Source: Haliotis rubra | Lineage: Eukaryota | NCBI RefSeq assembly: GCF_003918875.1 | Contig: NW_025767123.1 | Span: forward strand, 868,001-932,000 | Length of the DNA stretch: 64,000 bases | Direction of reading: 5' to 3' | Shown here: piece by piece, positions 36,812-50,864 of the stretch | Position numbering within the stretch: position 1 is the stretch's first letter | Layout of the letters: each line of letters starts with the position of its first letter | Notes under the pieces: generated by a model | Told to the model about the DNA's origin: nothing | The model's input: only the letters and a program-made list of their open reading frames with translations | Databases searched by the model: none | Program-made: the position numbers and the translations under genes

Positions 36812-38950
36812 GAATTCAGTGATGCATTTGTCGCCGCTGAATATGAAATATATGTGATGTAATTGGCATCTCAATACCGGCCTTCGCGAAACGTTGTGAG
36901 TTGTGAGTGATATGCAGGCCTACTTCCTAGTCACTTTGATTAAATTTTATATTTGAATATCGAAACCCTTTTTGTCACAGCGAACACAACACTATCTCTT
37001 GTCATATTACACGATAATGTTTCGAATTTTACATTTGTTTTATAACAATATCTGAATGCTAATGTTATACACTGATGTATTTTATATAAGTAATACAATG
37101 GCACAATAGTATTTCTCTGCCGAATCGTTGCAGCGTTCTATAATACTCTTATGAAATATAATACATGTTTTCTGTCCTTGAAGAAATTGAAAAGAACTAT
37201 CTATGCATTTTCTATAGTCACTTGTGAATTGAACTAAATGGAGGTTCATCTGATCAATGAGTATTGAGGAAATTATGTTCATCTATAAATTAGACGCAGC
37301 TCAATGTTTTCAAGACATCTTTCCGGAATATGCGTTTGTGAAGGCGTTCAGATAATGACGATATTGCACAGTTTTATTCATGAGATTCCTGTCAACAGTA
37401 AGGTCGAATAATAGATCGATTAAATTCAGCAGTGTTGGCCCTGGGGCCTATAGTACAATTACAGTTTGATTACTTGCACGTGGTGCTAGTAACATATTAA
37501 GTTTCTATTGGCATTGAATGCATATTTCAGATAAAAGCTAATGGTAATATTGTCACAACATCTCTTTGTTTGATGTTAAAAGATTTGGCAATGTGTGTTC
37601 ATACATTACTATTTTTGACAGACTTGGCAAGTAATTAATAAATGATATTGATAGCATCTTAATGACTTGGCCATACAGTCATGACAATTTAAGGAGTGAA
37701 AAGTGAGCGATAGGGCTTGTGGGAATTCAAAGATTCATTAAGACTGTAGCCGTCTAAGCGTGTGTAATATTTGTAAATATTCTATCCACTGAAAACATGC
37801 TTCTAGTATTAATATTACATGTATTTTCATGGATTCATCATATTTTATCTATAGCTGTGCTATAGTTTCTCATTAAAATGTCTTTTCTAAGTCCCACACA
37901 GAGCTGGGATCATAATGTCTTTGAAATATGTATGCAAACGTCTGGAACCTTGTGTTCCAATACAAGCGTTCGTAGCGCTACGACATTCGCATGCCTATGA
38001 TAAACTAAAGAGTTGGTCTCAACCATTGACTGGATTACAGCAAAGACATTTCGACTTCTCTTTTTCCTTGGGGTGCAGGCGACATTTCGCGATTCCATTT
38101 TTTGGTAATCCGGAAGTAAACAGAAAACGGAATTATGGGATATATGGAAGCTAACCAGTGACGTTAACCACACTGTTAAACTTTGACGGCGACGTTAGCT
38201 AACGGCATGACTAACCATGTTTGAACAACGCATATTTAACGTTCGGTTACCTAACGGCCGGTTAAGGATTTAACCGGGCCGTTAGGAGTTAACCGGCGGT
38301 TAAGATAACCGAGTGTTGAACAACCGGGCCCAGGTGGGCAGTATCTACATAAAGGTGTTCTTTCTGTCTTAAATCCAAAGATTATCACATGTCGTCATGA
38401 GAGCAGTGTCAAACTAGTCAGAGTCAATTGTTGCATCAATATCGGTCTAAAATTCATACTGTCTCATGTGAGATACCTGTATATTAGCATAAGCCTCTTT
38501 CCAAGACCTACTGTGATATGCGTTACATATCTTAAGGCTCTGGTCTCAATATTCCACTTTGACTGCACTTTATATTCCTTGTTGGAAAACGACAGCGAGA
38601 GTGTTCCTTTCATTGAGATCGGATTATGCTGTAAAATATTCTGTTAAACGTGGTGGTTCTTGCATCTGTTCAATCAATATTATCTCAATGAAAAGTTGAT
38701 GTAAAATGGAGGATATAAATGTTCATGCATACGCTCTACATTTTGACATTTAATTACTTTCAGGCGAGTGATGGAATCATTTACACATTTCCTCTCGAAA
38801 TACAGTTTCTGTAAATTCTTTGAAAGTCATTAGGCGAATTCCGTCACATTTGTTTCAGTTTGATCCAGATGTAGGCAAGTTATATTCACATTATCCGGAA
38901 TCGGAAGTTTTTAGTTTTAAATTGATTTCAGTATTACTAATTTACCTGAG

Positions 38951-39196
38951 GAGTGAGTGAATGAGTTTAGTTTTACGCCGCACTCAGCAATATTCCAGCT
39001 ATATGGCGGCGCTCTGTAAATAATCGAGTCTGGACCAGACAATCCAGTGATCAACAGCAGGAGCATCGATCTGCGCAATTGGGAACCGATGACATGTGTC
39101 AACCAAGTCAGCGAGTCTGACCACCCGATCCCGTTAGTCGCCTTTTACGACAAGAATGGGTTGCTGAAGACATATTCTACCCCGGATCTTCACGGG
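38951..39196 (-). mobile_element. SINE family 2
   Basis: Reverse complement of 35989-36233 over its full length. Confidence 0.8.
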
Positions 39197-39264
39197 TCAT
39201 ATACCGAGGAAATCGGTCCTGTACATAGTATAACAATCTTGGGCCCTAGTATAAGACAAAGAAC

Positions 39265-40080
39265 ACAAGAAATGCATAAATTTTGGTTGTCCAACAACGT
39301 CTTCAAAAACAGGACTGCAATGAAATAACTGTTGCTGACTCTAACATTAGGATTTCTTCTAGTGTAAAGAGTCTTGGTGTACTCATTGACTCCCACCTCA
39401 CTATGTATGAGCACGTGGACTACCTAGTTAGAACTTGTAACTACCACCTACGGCCCATTGGGAACATTCGCTGTCTCCTAATGACTGATGCTACCACAAC
39501 TCTGATTCAGGCCTTAATCATGTCTAGACTGGATTATGTTAATAGTCTCCTCTTTGGCATCAACCACGAGCTCCTTACACGCATTTAAAATATCCAAAAC
39601 ACTGCAGCAAGAATTGTCACCACGACGTCTAGACGATCACACTTCATCCCAGTTTTGAAAGACTTTCACTGGCTGCCCGTTGAGGCAAGGATCCACTTCA
39701 AAACATTGTAACTCGCCTATGGATGTCAGCATGACCTGGCCCCCAGCATATCTCAGGTGAGATCACAAGGCATTCTCCACCAACATGTCTTTTCTGTTCC
39801 AAGAACTAAACTGACACTAGTTGGTGAAAAGGCTTTCTGTGCATCAGACCCCATATTTTGGAACAATCTCCCTCATGCCATAAAGAGTTCACCAACCATT
39901 GACACATGTCTCAGTTAAAAACTCACTTCTTTGATCAATATTACTCAGACAGACTTCTTCCAGTTCTTTTAGGACGTTTTGTCTGTTTTGTACAGTATAT
40001 CAGTACAAAGTGTGTGACTTCCATAAGCGCTTTGAGCATGCATGCAGATGGGATGGACTATAACGCTATATCAATACCCA
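39265..40080 (+). mobile_element. 3' fragment of an L2/CR1-group LINE
   Basis: SVKSLGVLIDSHLTM...CNYHLR...ALIMSRLDYVNSLL...QNTAAR...HWLPV. The 3' end resembles GCGCTTTGAG...CGCTATA tails. Confidence 0.8.
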
Positions 40081-41564
40081 TAACATATACTACCCATATA
40101 TGTGCTATTAATAGGCCTAGTAATCCGTTCCTTTGTCACGTTAACTGTTTTGTTCAGGGAAAAGCCTATTTTGATGTCATATTTTCTCGAGGGAATGTCT
40201 CAAGATATAAAGGTCAACGAAACCGGATTGTCACGATCCACAGTCTGCCGAGTAAGGTGGGCCTAAAAGGCATGAATGGATTTAAAGCGACGAGACCAGG
40301 TGTTTGTCAAATTGGGAAAGCATGTTTTGCTCCAGTCACAAGTTTCGATATAATTATGTGTTTGTTGCCTAAGGCCGTACAGCAGTACTTCTGTGGGTAC
40401 CTGGATGGATGGGTTCACATACACAGACACATAGAATAGGTGTGACGATCGACACATCCGAACCTATCACTTACGTATCAATTTTCTAACGGTGTCGCCC
40501 GGTGTCGACGAATCGTGTGGCGACACACCCAAATGGCCCTTTCATAATACTCAGTAGCTCGCTGGTATTCATCTTGAATCAAGTCGAACACAATATCGGA
40601 GGTATTATTGGTGTAAATAACTTAGTTTTAATTGACTTCAGTGGTGGACTGTTCTTTGTTTAAATTCTCCTTGAGACACGATAAGTGACCTGTCGGTTGT
40701 CCTTGACGTTTCAGTTAGTACAGAACAATTGCTGCTTTTGTTGGTAACCTTTATTATTCGTTTATTAAACAATTTCTAACAGAATGTCCCGTTACATTAC
40801 AGTTTGGTTTGATACAACTTATAGTTGCTTAATCCGTGAAGATCCAGGTTAGAATTGGTCTTCAGCAACCCATGCTTGTCGTAAGACGACAAACGGGATC
40901 GGGTTGTCAGATCGGACTTGGTCAACGTATCCCAATTGTGTACTCGCTGACTGTTGATTACAGACTGTCAACGTGATCCGAGTGCAATTGTGTAGATCGA
41001 TGCTCAAGGCTGTTGATTATTTACAGACTGCCGTCATATAGCTGGAATATTGCCGAGTGCGGCGTTAAACAACAAGCAAACCAAACAGTGTCATAAAGTA
41101 AAGTTCCATTTGGTGGTAAGAAAAGATCTTCTGTCTCGAGATGTTATATGGGTAATATACAATAAAATTAGCTTTCGAAAATAGTGGGAGTTTGGGACCG
41201 ACTAGTTTATATTCCAGAGAGGGGCAAGTGTCGACAATATGTGTTCGGATCTGCACGGTGGCACCTGCACTTTTAAACGACAAAATAAGAAACTTGCAAG
41301 TCTTCCGGGCAATTTCATTTCTTATAGAACAGGAGCACAAAAATCTTTTCAATTTACTTCTGGAGAATATTTTCGGAAAATTCAGCAGCGTATTAGTGGT
41401 GAATGGGTCTTGATATTTGTTTGTTAATAGACAGTGCATCGCATAGTCGGATCAAGAAATTTTCAAAGCAGTGTGTGTGTGTGTGTCTTTTCAGGGTTTT
41501 TTACTGCGTATGTATGGTAAACATACTTTAAATGTATTCAAACTGGCAATTTACATGATCACAT

Positions 41565-41833
41565 TAGCATGTGTGATGAATGTTATGAGCATGTGAATGT
41601 GACGTGTATGTGTGGTGAATGTTAAGGGCATGTGTGGTGAATGTAATGAGCATGTGAATGTTACGTGTATGTGTGGTGAATGTTAAGGGCATGTGTGGTG
41701 AATGTTATGAGCATGTGAATGTTACGTGTATGTGTGGTGAATGTTAAGGGCATGTGTGGTGATTGTTATGAGCATGTATGGTGAATGTTAAGTGCATGTG
41801 TCGTGAATATTAAGTGCAAGTATCGTCCATGTA
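41565..41833. repeat. 61-bp-period minisatellite downstream of A2
   Basis: GAGCATGTGAATGT recurs at 61-bp spacing (C at 41590, 41651, 41712). Built from ~20-bp CATGTGTGGTGAATGTTA subunits. Confidence 0.8.
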
Positions 41834-41870
41834 CAATCATTGTCTTCTGATGTTTCAGGGAGTCACTCTA

Positions 41871-44091
41871 TTAGGCGGGACCTATTAACATATAAATACT
41901 TTTGCATTCGTGAGACATGCCATCAGCAAGAGGCCAGTAAATGTCACGTTGGTGATGAGGATTCGTCTGACAGACATCCAACCTGTTCCACCAGGCTCCA
42001 CGATGCCACTCGGCGCACGGGTTGACTGAGTTGTTGCAGTGATCCTTGGCACAGAAGTGACTCCCATCCAGGGTTGTAGCTGGGTCCCCTAGGTTGAAGC
42101 GGTCTCCGAAAACGCCATCCCCGGTAAACCCCGACACCGACAGCCGATACTCCGAGGCCTCGTCACCCACGGAGAAGGCGTTGTAAGACACTTGTCCGGG
42201 ACTGGTATCAAATCTCTTCAGTAACATGTACAGCGAGTAAGCTTTGACGCTAGTCAGAGCATACACCTTCTCCAGACCCAGCCACATGTAACAGTTGGAG
42301 TGGGTGAAACCAGACTTGTAGTCGGTCCAGGGAACGTCGAGGTACGTCACGGGCGCAGCCTCACAGCCACTGATGGTTTTGTCCCTGAACATGATCATAG
42401 TAGTGACGCCTTGACATTCCAAGTCAAACGGTTGTGCGGAGTTGGTCGGCCAGACAGTGTAGGTGCCAGTAGAATTACCAACGTACTGGGAAACGTCTGT
42501 ACAGTCTGAAACAGTGACATGATGACTGTCAGACACAGGTCAGTGATGGACAATGATTAACAAGAGCAATGAAGGAATCAACCAAGACCATCAATGTGTT
42601 AGTGACGTGACTGACCTAGATGCATGTACAGTGACAACCTGAGAGTCGAAACCCACCGTCACAGGTTTCCTTCATGCCAAATGGACGCAGTTTCTATCTG
42701 GCGTTACTGAACGAAAGTGATATTCTTAACATGAACTCTTTCATCTTAGGCTTCGTTGAGGAGATCGTCATATAAAGTTTGGCATGAAATGCATGTGGAC
42801 CCGTTTTTTTGTAAATATCTCTTCATCCAAAGACCCAATCGATCTCAAACTGTGCAAGTGGATGTTTTGTCAGACAACCTAATCACATGGGTCAGGGTCA
42901 TCAGAGATGTCATTCACCGGCTATTTGCTAGAAATGAACACCTCTTCATACCTGTCACGTGCATAGCTGACCTACATTGACGAACGTTGACCTTTATGAC
43001 CCACCACTGCCGCTGTTACAGGTCATTGGCTCCCTCCCTCTGCAAGTCGTCTGCGTTCTGCTGTTTATTTTGTTGACAGTTACATAGACAGATTCTTTAA
43101 TACAAATGCATAAAATCGGTGATTTACAATGTGATTAGGTTGTCTGACAAAACATCCACTTGCACAGTTTGAGATCGATTGGGTCATTGGATGAAGAGAT
43201 ATTTACAAAAAACGGGTCCACATGCATTTCATGCCAAACTATAACTGAAGATTTACCTTCTATCCTGGTCTCACAGATCCCTCCTGTAAAGACAGGCAGA
43301 CAGACACAGGCAGCAGCATCAAGGGTGCCTCCATTCTGGCATGATGTCGAGGTCTAAAACAAAACAGGTGTTCAATGTAATTAAAAATATAAAATATAAA
43401 ATAAAAAAGGAAAGCCTAACTGGAGTTAAGCTCAGAAGTTGTCTCATCAAGGTTAGGACACAAAATGCATGACTTTTTATTGTAGACATGTAGCAGAAAT
43501 TTCAAAATCTGGCACATCAGTGACAAAAGATGATCTCCGATGCAATTCCTTATTTTGACTTTTACCAAACAGTCCCGATATTGTTCATGTCAATAATTGA
43601 CTTGCCTATGTTTATGACACTGGTGGGGCAGGATACGCTAAGACCTGGTATCATCACTGTTTTAATGCTGATTCATAATACATTCTCAAGACACAGATAG
43701 AATTGTACAATGGATTTCTTTTAGATGTGGAAAGGTGTCGCTCATATGCTTTGAATATATTCAAATTTGAACTCACCTGACTGGAAGTGGGGAACTCTGT
43801 GAAAACCTTACAGGTAAGGTCGGGAACACTGACTGGAACGACACGCTGCTCCATTGTCAAGACGGAGCATTTGTTGTCGTCGTTGCAGTAGATGAGACCG
43901 GTGCAGTTGGTGACACCGTTGCAGGTGTTGGCACATTCGAGAGCCGAGGTTGTCTCTACATAGTCGAAGACCATTGTTGCATCAATATTTGTCTGTTCTT
44001 CCTTGTAAAACCGCTGTGCGGAACACTGAGGTGAGCAGTTGACATTCACTGCTGTATAAACAGTTACAAGCAAGAGTTGAAAACAAGTCAT
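41871..44091 (-). CDS. Secreted PAN/apple-EGF-FReD protein, copy A2 (348 aa, intact)
   Basis: Exons 44091-43777 (315 nt), 43353-43257 (97 nt, TSTSCQNGGTLDAAACVCLPVFTGGICETRIE) and 42505-41871 (635 nt). Canonical splice sites, open frame. Confidence 0.88.
42775..43241. mobile_element. MITE derived from the Sailor-type transposon, in intron 2 of copy A2
   Basis: ~112-bp TIRs and a TA duplication. The empty site GAGATCGTCATATAACTGAAG is at 1341-1361. Right half matches 23325-23580. Confidence 0.88.
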
Positions 44092-44874
44092 ATTTTGATT
44101 GCAGTGTAAGAAGAAGTTTCAAGATCAGCTCCAACAAACGTACCACTGTGATATGTGTGACAAATCACCTGACTGTTTCCCTGGCTGTCTGTGTTTGACT
44201 TTAACTATAACTGTGTTTGAGCATTACCATGACTACATGATATATCTGTCTCCATAAAATGAAAGTCTCCTTTTGTCTGACAGCATGTCATGCGGTCCTT
44301 TCACTGAGAACAGAATATACCACGCAATACTCAATTAAACGTGGTGATTTTTAATTCTGCCCAGTTGCATTATCTCAAAGAAGAACAAAACTAAGATCAG
44401 ATAATGATATTTAATTAAAGATATAGATTTTATTCATTTTATATTATTTGTTTTTGTATACGCTGAGCATATTGACACTTCGTCACATTCACACTTGGGG
44501 TAAAAATATCGTTCTGCTTCAACACCTATTTTATTCCAACACAATTGTCTCTAAGTCATTAAGCGAAATTCGCGATATGGGTTTCGTTTGGATTCAAAGC
44601 CGCACAATGTAACGGTATACTTACACTTTCTATACTGGGATTCAATGAGCTTTCAATTGTTTGATGACTATTACAGACTTGTCTGAGGATCGGTCCTGTA
44701 CATTGTACAGCCTCGGGGTGCTAGTGTGAAGCAAAGAACACAAGAAATACACAAAGATCGGTGGTCAACTTTGTATTTAATTGAAGAAACTTTATGTCTA
44801 ATTGTGTATCTTAGTAAACAAAACGAAGGTGAAATATGTTTACTCATCAAACATACTGTCAATACAAATCCAAG

Positions 44875-46000
44875 TTACCGTCAGATATTTTAAACTATCA
44901 ACATTGCTAAGAATCCGTTAATTGGCTACTTTTACTAAAATATGTTTTAATTTGTTAAAGATTTTTTAATTAATCGTGCTATTTTAAGGTCTTATATTAT
45001 GTCGTGGGATTGTCTTCAAACATTCTTCATCATTCAATTATGTCCCTGAGTTTTAAAAACACCAGAAACAACAGGAGAAGAAAAGAATCAATTTTAACTC
45101 AATGGTGAAGATTATAATGAAATATTTGTACTACATGAGCTACATACTGCCCTTGAGCAAGTTCATGATACAGCAACAGGGGCCGATGATAATCGCTATC
45201 TGCTCCGGAATCATTTGCCTTATTCATATCAGGAAACATTTCTAGATATGTTTGAAAAATATGGACATCAGAGAATTTTTCGCCCTCGTGGCGTAATGCC
45301 ATTGTGGTCCCTATATCAAAACTTGTCCGGGATCATACTGATCCTTCTAACAACAGACCAGTGTCTATAAAACCATGGAACGAATGGTTAATAATAGATT
45401 ATTTTGTATTTGGAAACCAATAACTTAATTAATAATATACAAAGTGGTTTCCGATGTAACAATGATCATGTGCTATGGTTAGAATCCTTTGTTAAAAATG
45501 CCATAGTATCTAAACAACACGTTGTCTCAATTTACTTCGATCTTGAAAAAGCCTAGGATACCACTTGAAAGCACGGTATTCTGAAGGATGTACATGATAT
45601 TGGTTTGAGAGCTCGTTTACCTCATTTTATCTCCAAATCTTTAACAGACAGGCATTTTCACCCTGGGTCCACCCTGTCTGACCATTACAGTCAGGATCAG
45701 GGTGTTCAACAATTTGCCAGTATTTTGTCTTTCAGGGGTTTTAACTGATTCAGTTGATGGATCACTTTTCGTGCATGATTATAATGTTTTTTGTAGTGGT
45801 GAAAATATGCATGCAATCGAGAGGCAGTTACAACTATGTCTCAATAAATTTCACAAATGGTCAACTGAAAATGGTTATAATTTTTCTAAATCAAAAACAA
45901 ATTGATATATCCGCATAAGGACCTAGAACTATTTTTAATGGCACATCCATCCATGTTGTAAAGGAGGCCAATTCTTGCGACTTATCTTCGACTCTCATTT
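44875..46000 (+). mobile_element. Decayed non-LTR retrotransposon RT fragment, block 2 copy (longer)
   Basis: Homologous to 3575-4400, retaining extra segments (e.g. MHAIERQLQLCLNK). Confidence 0.78.
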
Positions 46001-47184
46001 GATTGAGTGAGTGAGTTTAGTTTTACGCCGCGCTCAGCACCATTACGGCTACATGGCGGCGGTCTGTAAACAATCCAGGTGTGCGGGGAAGGATGGAGAC
46101 GGCACAGCACAGGTAAATGAATCTATAACTTTGTCGGCACTTGCGCATCAGCATTGTGGGGTGTCAAGGTCATTGGTGTCAAGGACACAGAGTATGATAA
46201 CAACAGCGAAGGAGACGTGTTTGATTGAGTGACTTGTCACGTTTTTTACCGTTCTGTATAAAAGACAGACGTTGTGTGTACATATGTCACAGAGAACGTA
46301 TGTTCCATCACGTCAGCAACAGCCACATGCACTGCAGGGAGAATGTGTGAACATTCACCAGGCCACAATTCGCAATCTGATTGAGTCAAAGGGGTAACGA
46401 TGCCAGTCAGTTCTCTACTCTTATGGGAGACATACAAGATATTGAGAAAAGGGATTCATTTACCTGTGCTGTTCTCCATCCTTCCTCCCACACCTGGATT
46501 ATTTACAGTCCGCCGCCAAGTAGCAGTAATAGTGCTGAGTGCGGCATAAAACTAAACTTACTCACTCATTCAGATGACCTTTACCTTGACATTCGATTGA
46601 TTCAGTGACAAGGACCTCTGAAATTTTGAACAATGTATTATTTATACTTTACATAAAGTATACATCTGAAAACTAGTTTTGCATTTATTTGTTTCTTCTT
46701 TCTTCGCAGACTATATACCCTATTGAGAGCAGGTGACATAGCCATCAGGATGTTTAAAATATCTACATTTTGATTAGGACTGAGAACTCAGGGTGCACGT
46801 TCAGATATACTACTGAAGGCTTAAATTTAACTACAGTTTTCATAATTGAAAGAGGTTAACATAATGACATAACATAATTAACATAATTAGCAACAACAGA
46901 AGAATAGCATTGCAACAACGTGATGGACAGGGTCCACATGATGAGGAGGCAAATTAAATAAGACTAATCATACAACCGTGAGATGGAGCGATTCACTCAG
47001 GGGGAAGCAGACATGACTTAACAGACAGCGAATTGCACAGACTCTGAATGGCAATGGCAATGCATCACAACTGAAATTATCCCAAGACTCCAAGACATCC
47101 AAGTCATACTGAAGGTGGCCAAAGAAGGTATTATAGACATTGTTTTATTTTAGTTTTAATACACCTCAGTGTTGTACATTCCCT

Positions 47185-47335
47185 TGCAAAAGTACCGCAC
47201 ATGTATAGTGCATATGTCGTGAAGGTTGTGTACAAGGACGGTACATGTATAGTGCATGTGTCGTGAAAGTTATATGCCAGTACCGTACATGCATAGCTCA
47301 TATGTCGTGAAGGCTATGTGCAAATGCCGTACATA
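47185..47335. repeat. 44-bp minisatellite, short array downstream of B2
   Basis: Homologous to 5575-5725. Confidence 0.8.
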
Positions 47336-47359
47336 TCGTTAACCATTAGGGAGTCAGTG

Positions 47360-50050
47360 TTAGGCAGGATCTATGAACATGTAGATGCTTTTACATTCGT
47401 GAGGGGTACCATCGTCAAGAATCCAATAAATGTCATATCGTTGGTGAGGATTCGTCTGGCAGACATCTAGCCTGTTCCACCAGGCTCCACGATGCCACTC
47501 GGCACAAGGGTTGACTGAGTTGTTGCAGTGATCCTTGGCACAGAAGTGACTCCCATCCAGGGTTGTAGCTGGGTCCCCGAGGTTGAAGCGGTCTCCGAAA
47601 ACGCCATCCCCAGTGAACCCCGACACCGACAGCCGATACTCCGAGGCCTCGTCACCCACGGAGAAGGCGTTGTAAGACACTTGTCCGGGAGTGCTATCAA
47701 ATGTCTTCAGTGACATGTACACCCAGTAAGCTCGGACGCTGGTCAGAGCATACACCTTCTCCAGACCCAGCCACATATAACAGTTGGAGTGGGTGAAACC
47801 AGACTTGTAGTCGGCCCAGGGAACGTCGAGGTACGTCACGGGCGCAGCCTCACAGCCACTGATGGTTTTGTCCCTGAACATGATCATAGTAGTGACGCCA
47901 TGGCATTCTATGTCAAACGGTTGTGCGGAGTTGGTCGGCCAGACTGTGTAGGTTCCAGTAGAGTTACCAAGGTACAGGGACACGTCTTTACAGTCTGAAA
48001 CAGTAAAACATTGACTGTCAAACATAGGACAATGGTGGACAAAAGCAAAAGTGTCATATATCAAGGGCATCAATGTGTTAGTGACTTGGACAAAAACCAA
48101 CTTTGTACAATATTCGAATTGGTTAAAACAAAGACAACTTGTTATGAATGAACTGTGACCCATCATACGCAGTAAGAGAGTCACCCCATTTTGAGCAGCA
48201 TCGTCTATCAGCTTGACGACGAGACACTTTGGTGAAACTCATGAGCTTGGTTGGTGCCGACTGACCTGGAAGCATGTACAGTGACAACCTGACGTTCGAA
48301 CCCACCATCACTGGTGTCCCTCGCGCCTAACTGACGCAACTTCTATATGGCGGTACTGTTGGAAGGTGATATTCTTAACAGGAATTCCTTAGGGATTCAT
48401 ATTTTGCTTCCTTGCAGAGATCTTCACGATTGGTGAGTCCGGTTACATATACAAATGAAACTTCTGGGAAATGACTCTTACAAAACAGGATCACATAAAT
48501 AGGTCATGATGCCAAACAGTCCATATCTGTAAGTGAAGGTTTACCTTCCATCCTGGTCTCACACTTCCCTCCTGTGAAGGCAGGCAGACAGAGACGGACA
48601 GCACCATCAAGGGTTCCTCCATTCTGGCATGATAGCGAAGTCTGAAACAAAACAGGTGCTGTTGGTTTTCTCTAGTTCAAAACAAACATAGGAAAGCCAT
48701 ACCAGATGTTTGCAGGGTGAAAACACTCAGAGGAAGAACAACTGGCAGGTTTCTTCAAAATGCGATTTCCAATAGCTTACAGTGCTTGCTTGTTATGCCG
48801 AAAGGTACGGGTTCGATTCCCCTTATGGATATAATGTCTGAAGCCCATTTCTCGGGTTCCCCACAGTCAGATTCCTTTATTGCTGAAGGCGGAGTAAAAC
48901 CAAACTCGTTTGCCCATTTTAAATTTACCCAATAGAAAACAACGAAGAATACGACACATTTCTGGATTTCTCATATCAGTTGTAAAGACAAAATATGATA
49001 TAATCTAGTTTATACAGGTTTTACATACAGTCTCTATGTGGAACTCGAACCAATATAACTCTTTGTTATTTCAAAGAAGATATGATCTATGTACCTACAA
49101 TGATACGTGCAACCTATCCACTCAAAGTATTCGTTATGTCCTGTTAAGGAAAAGTGTCACAAGACTTGAGCATTTACACAAACGGAATTCAATCAAGACA
49201 AACATGGATTTTCAACCTAAGCGGTGTTGGGGTAGCCTTGTGGTTACAGTGCTTGCTTGTTATGCCAGAAGGTACGGGTTCGATTCCCCTTATGGATATA
49301 ATGTCTGAAGCCCATTTCTGGGGTTCCCCACAGTCAGATTCCTTTATTGCTGAAGGCGGAGTAAAACCAAACTCGTTTGCCCATTTTAACTTTACCCAAA
49401 AGAAAACAACAAAGAATACACATTTCAGGATTTACAGTCTCATATTAGTTGTACCCACAAAACGCGACGTTATGTCAAACTCGTTAGGAAACGGGAATTT
49501 CACACGCTCAATTTGACAGAGAAGAAATCATGATGAGTTTTAGAAGGAATATGCGGGAACCCGAAGGTGAGTTCGGCACATTCAAGCACAACACGATATT
49601 CGACTGTTCTAATTGTTCAATATCGTCCAGTCACGATATAGCTGAAACCAGTCATTGTATATTTAAATATGTTATCCCACACATGTTCATTCAGGATATA
49701 CAAGTATCTCTCCTGAAAATATTCAAATTTGAACTCACCTGACTGGAGGTCGTGACTTCTAAGAATGCCTTGCAGGTCGAGTAGGGGACGCTGACAGGAA
49801 CGGAAGGCTGATCCGATGTCAAAATGGAGCATCTGTTGTCGATGTTGCAGTAGATGAAACCGGTGCAGTTGGCGACGCCGTTGCAGGTGATGGCACATTG
49901 AGGGACTGACGTCGTCTGTACGTAGTCGAAAACCATTGCTGCGTCAACACCTGTCTGTACCTTCTGGTAAAAACTCGAAACGGTACATTGTGCACAAAGG
50001 ATTGCAGTCAATCCTGCAAAACCTGTAAGTAAAAGGTGATACGATTTCAT
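47360..50050 (-). CDS. Secreted PAN/apple-EGF-FReD protein, copy B2 (347 aa, intact frame, EGF Cys->Arg)
   Basis: Exons 50050-49739, 48641-48545 (TSLSCQNGGTLDGAVRLCLPAFTGGKCETRME) and 47994-47360. Canonical splice sites. Confidence 0.87.
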
Positions 50051-50864
50051 AATTTCCTTCGTGAGATACTTATAGAAGTCTTTCAGTCCGAGCTACTTTC
50101 CTTCGACTGTCTCAGAGTGACGTGTGACAGAACTCTTGTCCCCCACGCTGTCTGTGTTTGACCGTTACCATGACTACATTATATATCTGACTACATGGCA
50201 AGGGTTGCATTGTGGTTCCAGCTTCTTCATAATGATATGATTGAATGGTTGTTGACTTGTTTTGAGAGTATAGAGTTAATTATGTGGATTAACGTTACAT
50301 TGCATATTGACTCATATTCATAATCCTCACATTTGCCATTAAGTATGTAAGAATTCCCGTTCATATACAATAACGTTAATGTCCCTTCGTGTCATTAAAA
50401 GATATAAGTGACTTGTGTCTTAGTATGACAGAGGTTAGATGACCTTTACACTGTGAGTTTTAACTACTATATTTTCCCGTTCAAACCTCGGGATCTCAAT
50501 TAAACGCCGGTATTCTTCCTGGAACAAATACGAGGAAATACGGAAGCATTCCATTGATCAATATCTATGTGTAACCTTATGTGTTGAAACCGTAAGTGTG
50601 CGTACTCAAACATACTGAGAGTCCTTGTATGACGCAAATACTTCAAGATAATTTTGTCATTTGTTAATTGTATTTGAGAAAACCTTTCTCTGATTTTGTT
50701 TCAATGTCAGCTGCGACGACATAATGCATGTGCATTTAATCATACCCAATCATAATGACATGATACCAATACTTATTCCAGTTTCGGGTTAATATTATAT
50801 CATTAACGATGTGTTAATTTGTAATTTCAAAAAATGCGTTTTGCGAAAGACCGTTCCTTCGACT

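Larger units (their letters stand above)
34595..38331. mobile_element. Probable decayed PIF/Harbinger-like element abutting gene fragment D
   Basis: Plus-strand RKDRVYRG...YSDEEL at 34601-34714 resembles Harbinger transposase N-termini. Minus-strand MESRNVACTPRKKRSRN near 38050-38098 resembles the partner Myb-like ORF start. The right end TTGAACAACCGGGCC|CAG is TIR-like. No left TIR found. Confidence 0.4.

Noticed and set aside
39906-40439. 177-aa plus-strand ORF
   Set aside because: It starts inside the LINE 3' end and runs through its tail into unrelated sequence with no domain signature.
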